64,000 nucleotides of DNA from Azolla caroliniana (lineage: Eukaryota > Plantae > Polypodiophyta), in assembly GCA_043228905.1 (NCBI GenBank), contig JBHGNT010000001.1:12896001-12960000 (forward strand). Direction: 5' to 3'. The notes beneath the pieces are model-generated. The model was given only the letters and a program-made list of their open reading frames with translations. It ran no database searches and had not been told where the DNA came from. Numbering within the stretch: the stretch's first letter is position 1; the number at the start of each line of letters is the position of its first letter. Below are positions 63,711 to 64,000 of this stretch, in pieces. Made by a program: the position numbers and the translations under genes.

Positions 63711-64000
63711 GCCGTGATGTGGCGTGCTCGAGAGTGGGAAAAACCGACGAAAGGGGGGTCAAAATGTGCATGTGCAATGTGTGTGCACACAAAGGCGATT
63801 AATTGTGCATATGCAAAATAAAAAGGAAAAGAAAGGGTGGAAAGGAGGTATAGAAGCTCGTGCAAAAAGTAAGAGAGAGGAGAGATAAAAGGTAGAGGGG
63901 AGACAGGCTAAGAATTTATAGAGATAGAATTATATACTATGAAAGAGAGAGTTAGTGGGCTAGTGGATAGTCACATTGACTACTAGCTAGAGGTGCACGG

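Noticed and set aside
63718-64000. Possible start of another LTR interrupting G
   Set aside because: Homology to C stops here and a TG start is present, but no partner LTR or TSD is in the window.

Overview
Land-plant nuclear DNA (probably a non-seed plant; that is inference from the TE lineages), mostly nested transposons. It holds two host genes: an intronless LISCL/SCL14-type GRAS gene (41640-44090, -) and a 5-exon GAR1 (47680-48825, -). Bases 1-32752 form a TSD-verified nest: Gypsy A > hAT > Gypsy B > Athila-like Gypsy C > Copia D. Further elements follow: Copia F with a solo LTR, two hAT-type MITEs, Gypsy E, a Copia fragment, Copia H and Gypsy G. The most unusual signal is in the Athila-like family (C and G). 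It has no polypurine tract; a conserved tRNA-Arg 3'-end copy (an inverted second PBS) sits beside the 3' LTR, suggesting tRNA priming of both cDNA strands. The same family carries a ~1040-aa coiled-coil extra ORF. The A/B/E family shows a G_GAU_UUU -1 frameshift with a covarying pseudoknot, a tRNA-Trp PBS and 4-bp CG-centred TSDs. All alignments and counts were done by eye, and tRNA assignments come from remembered plant tRNA sequences.
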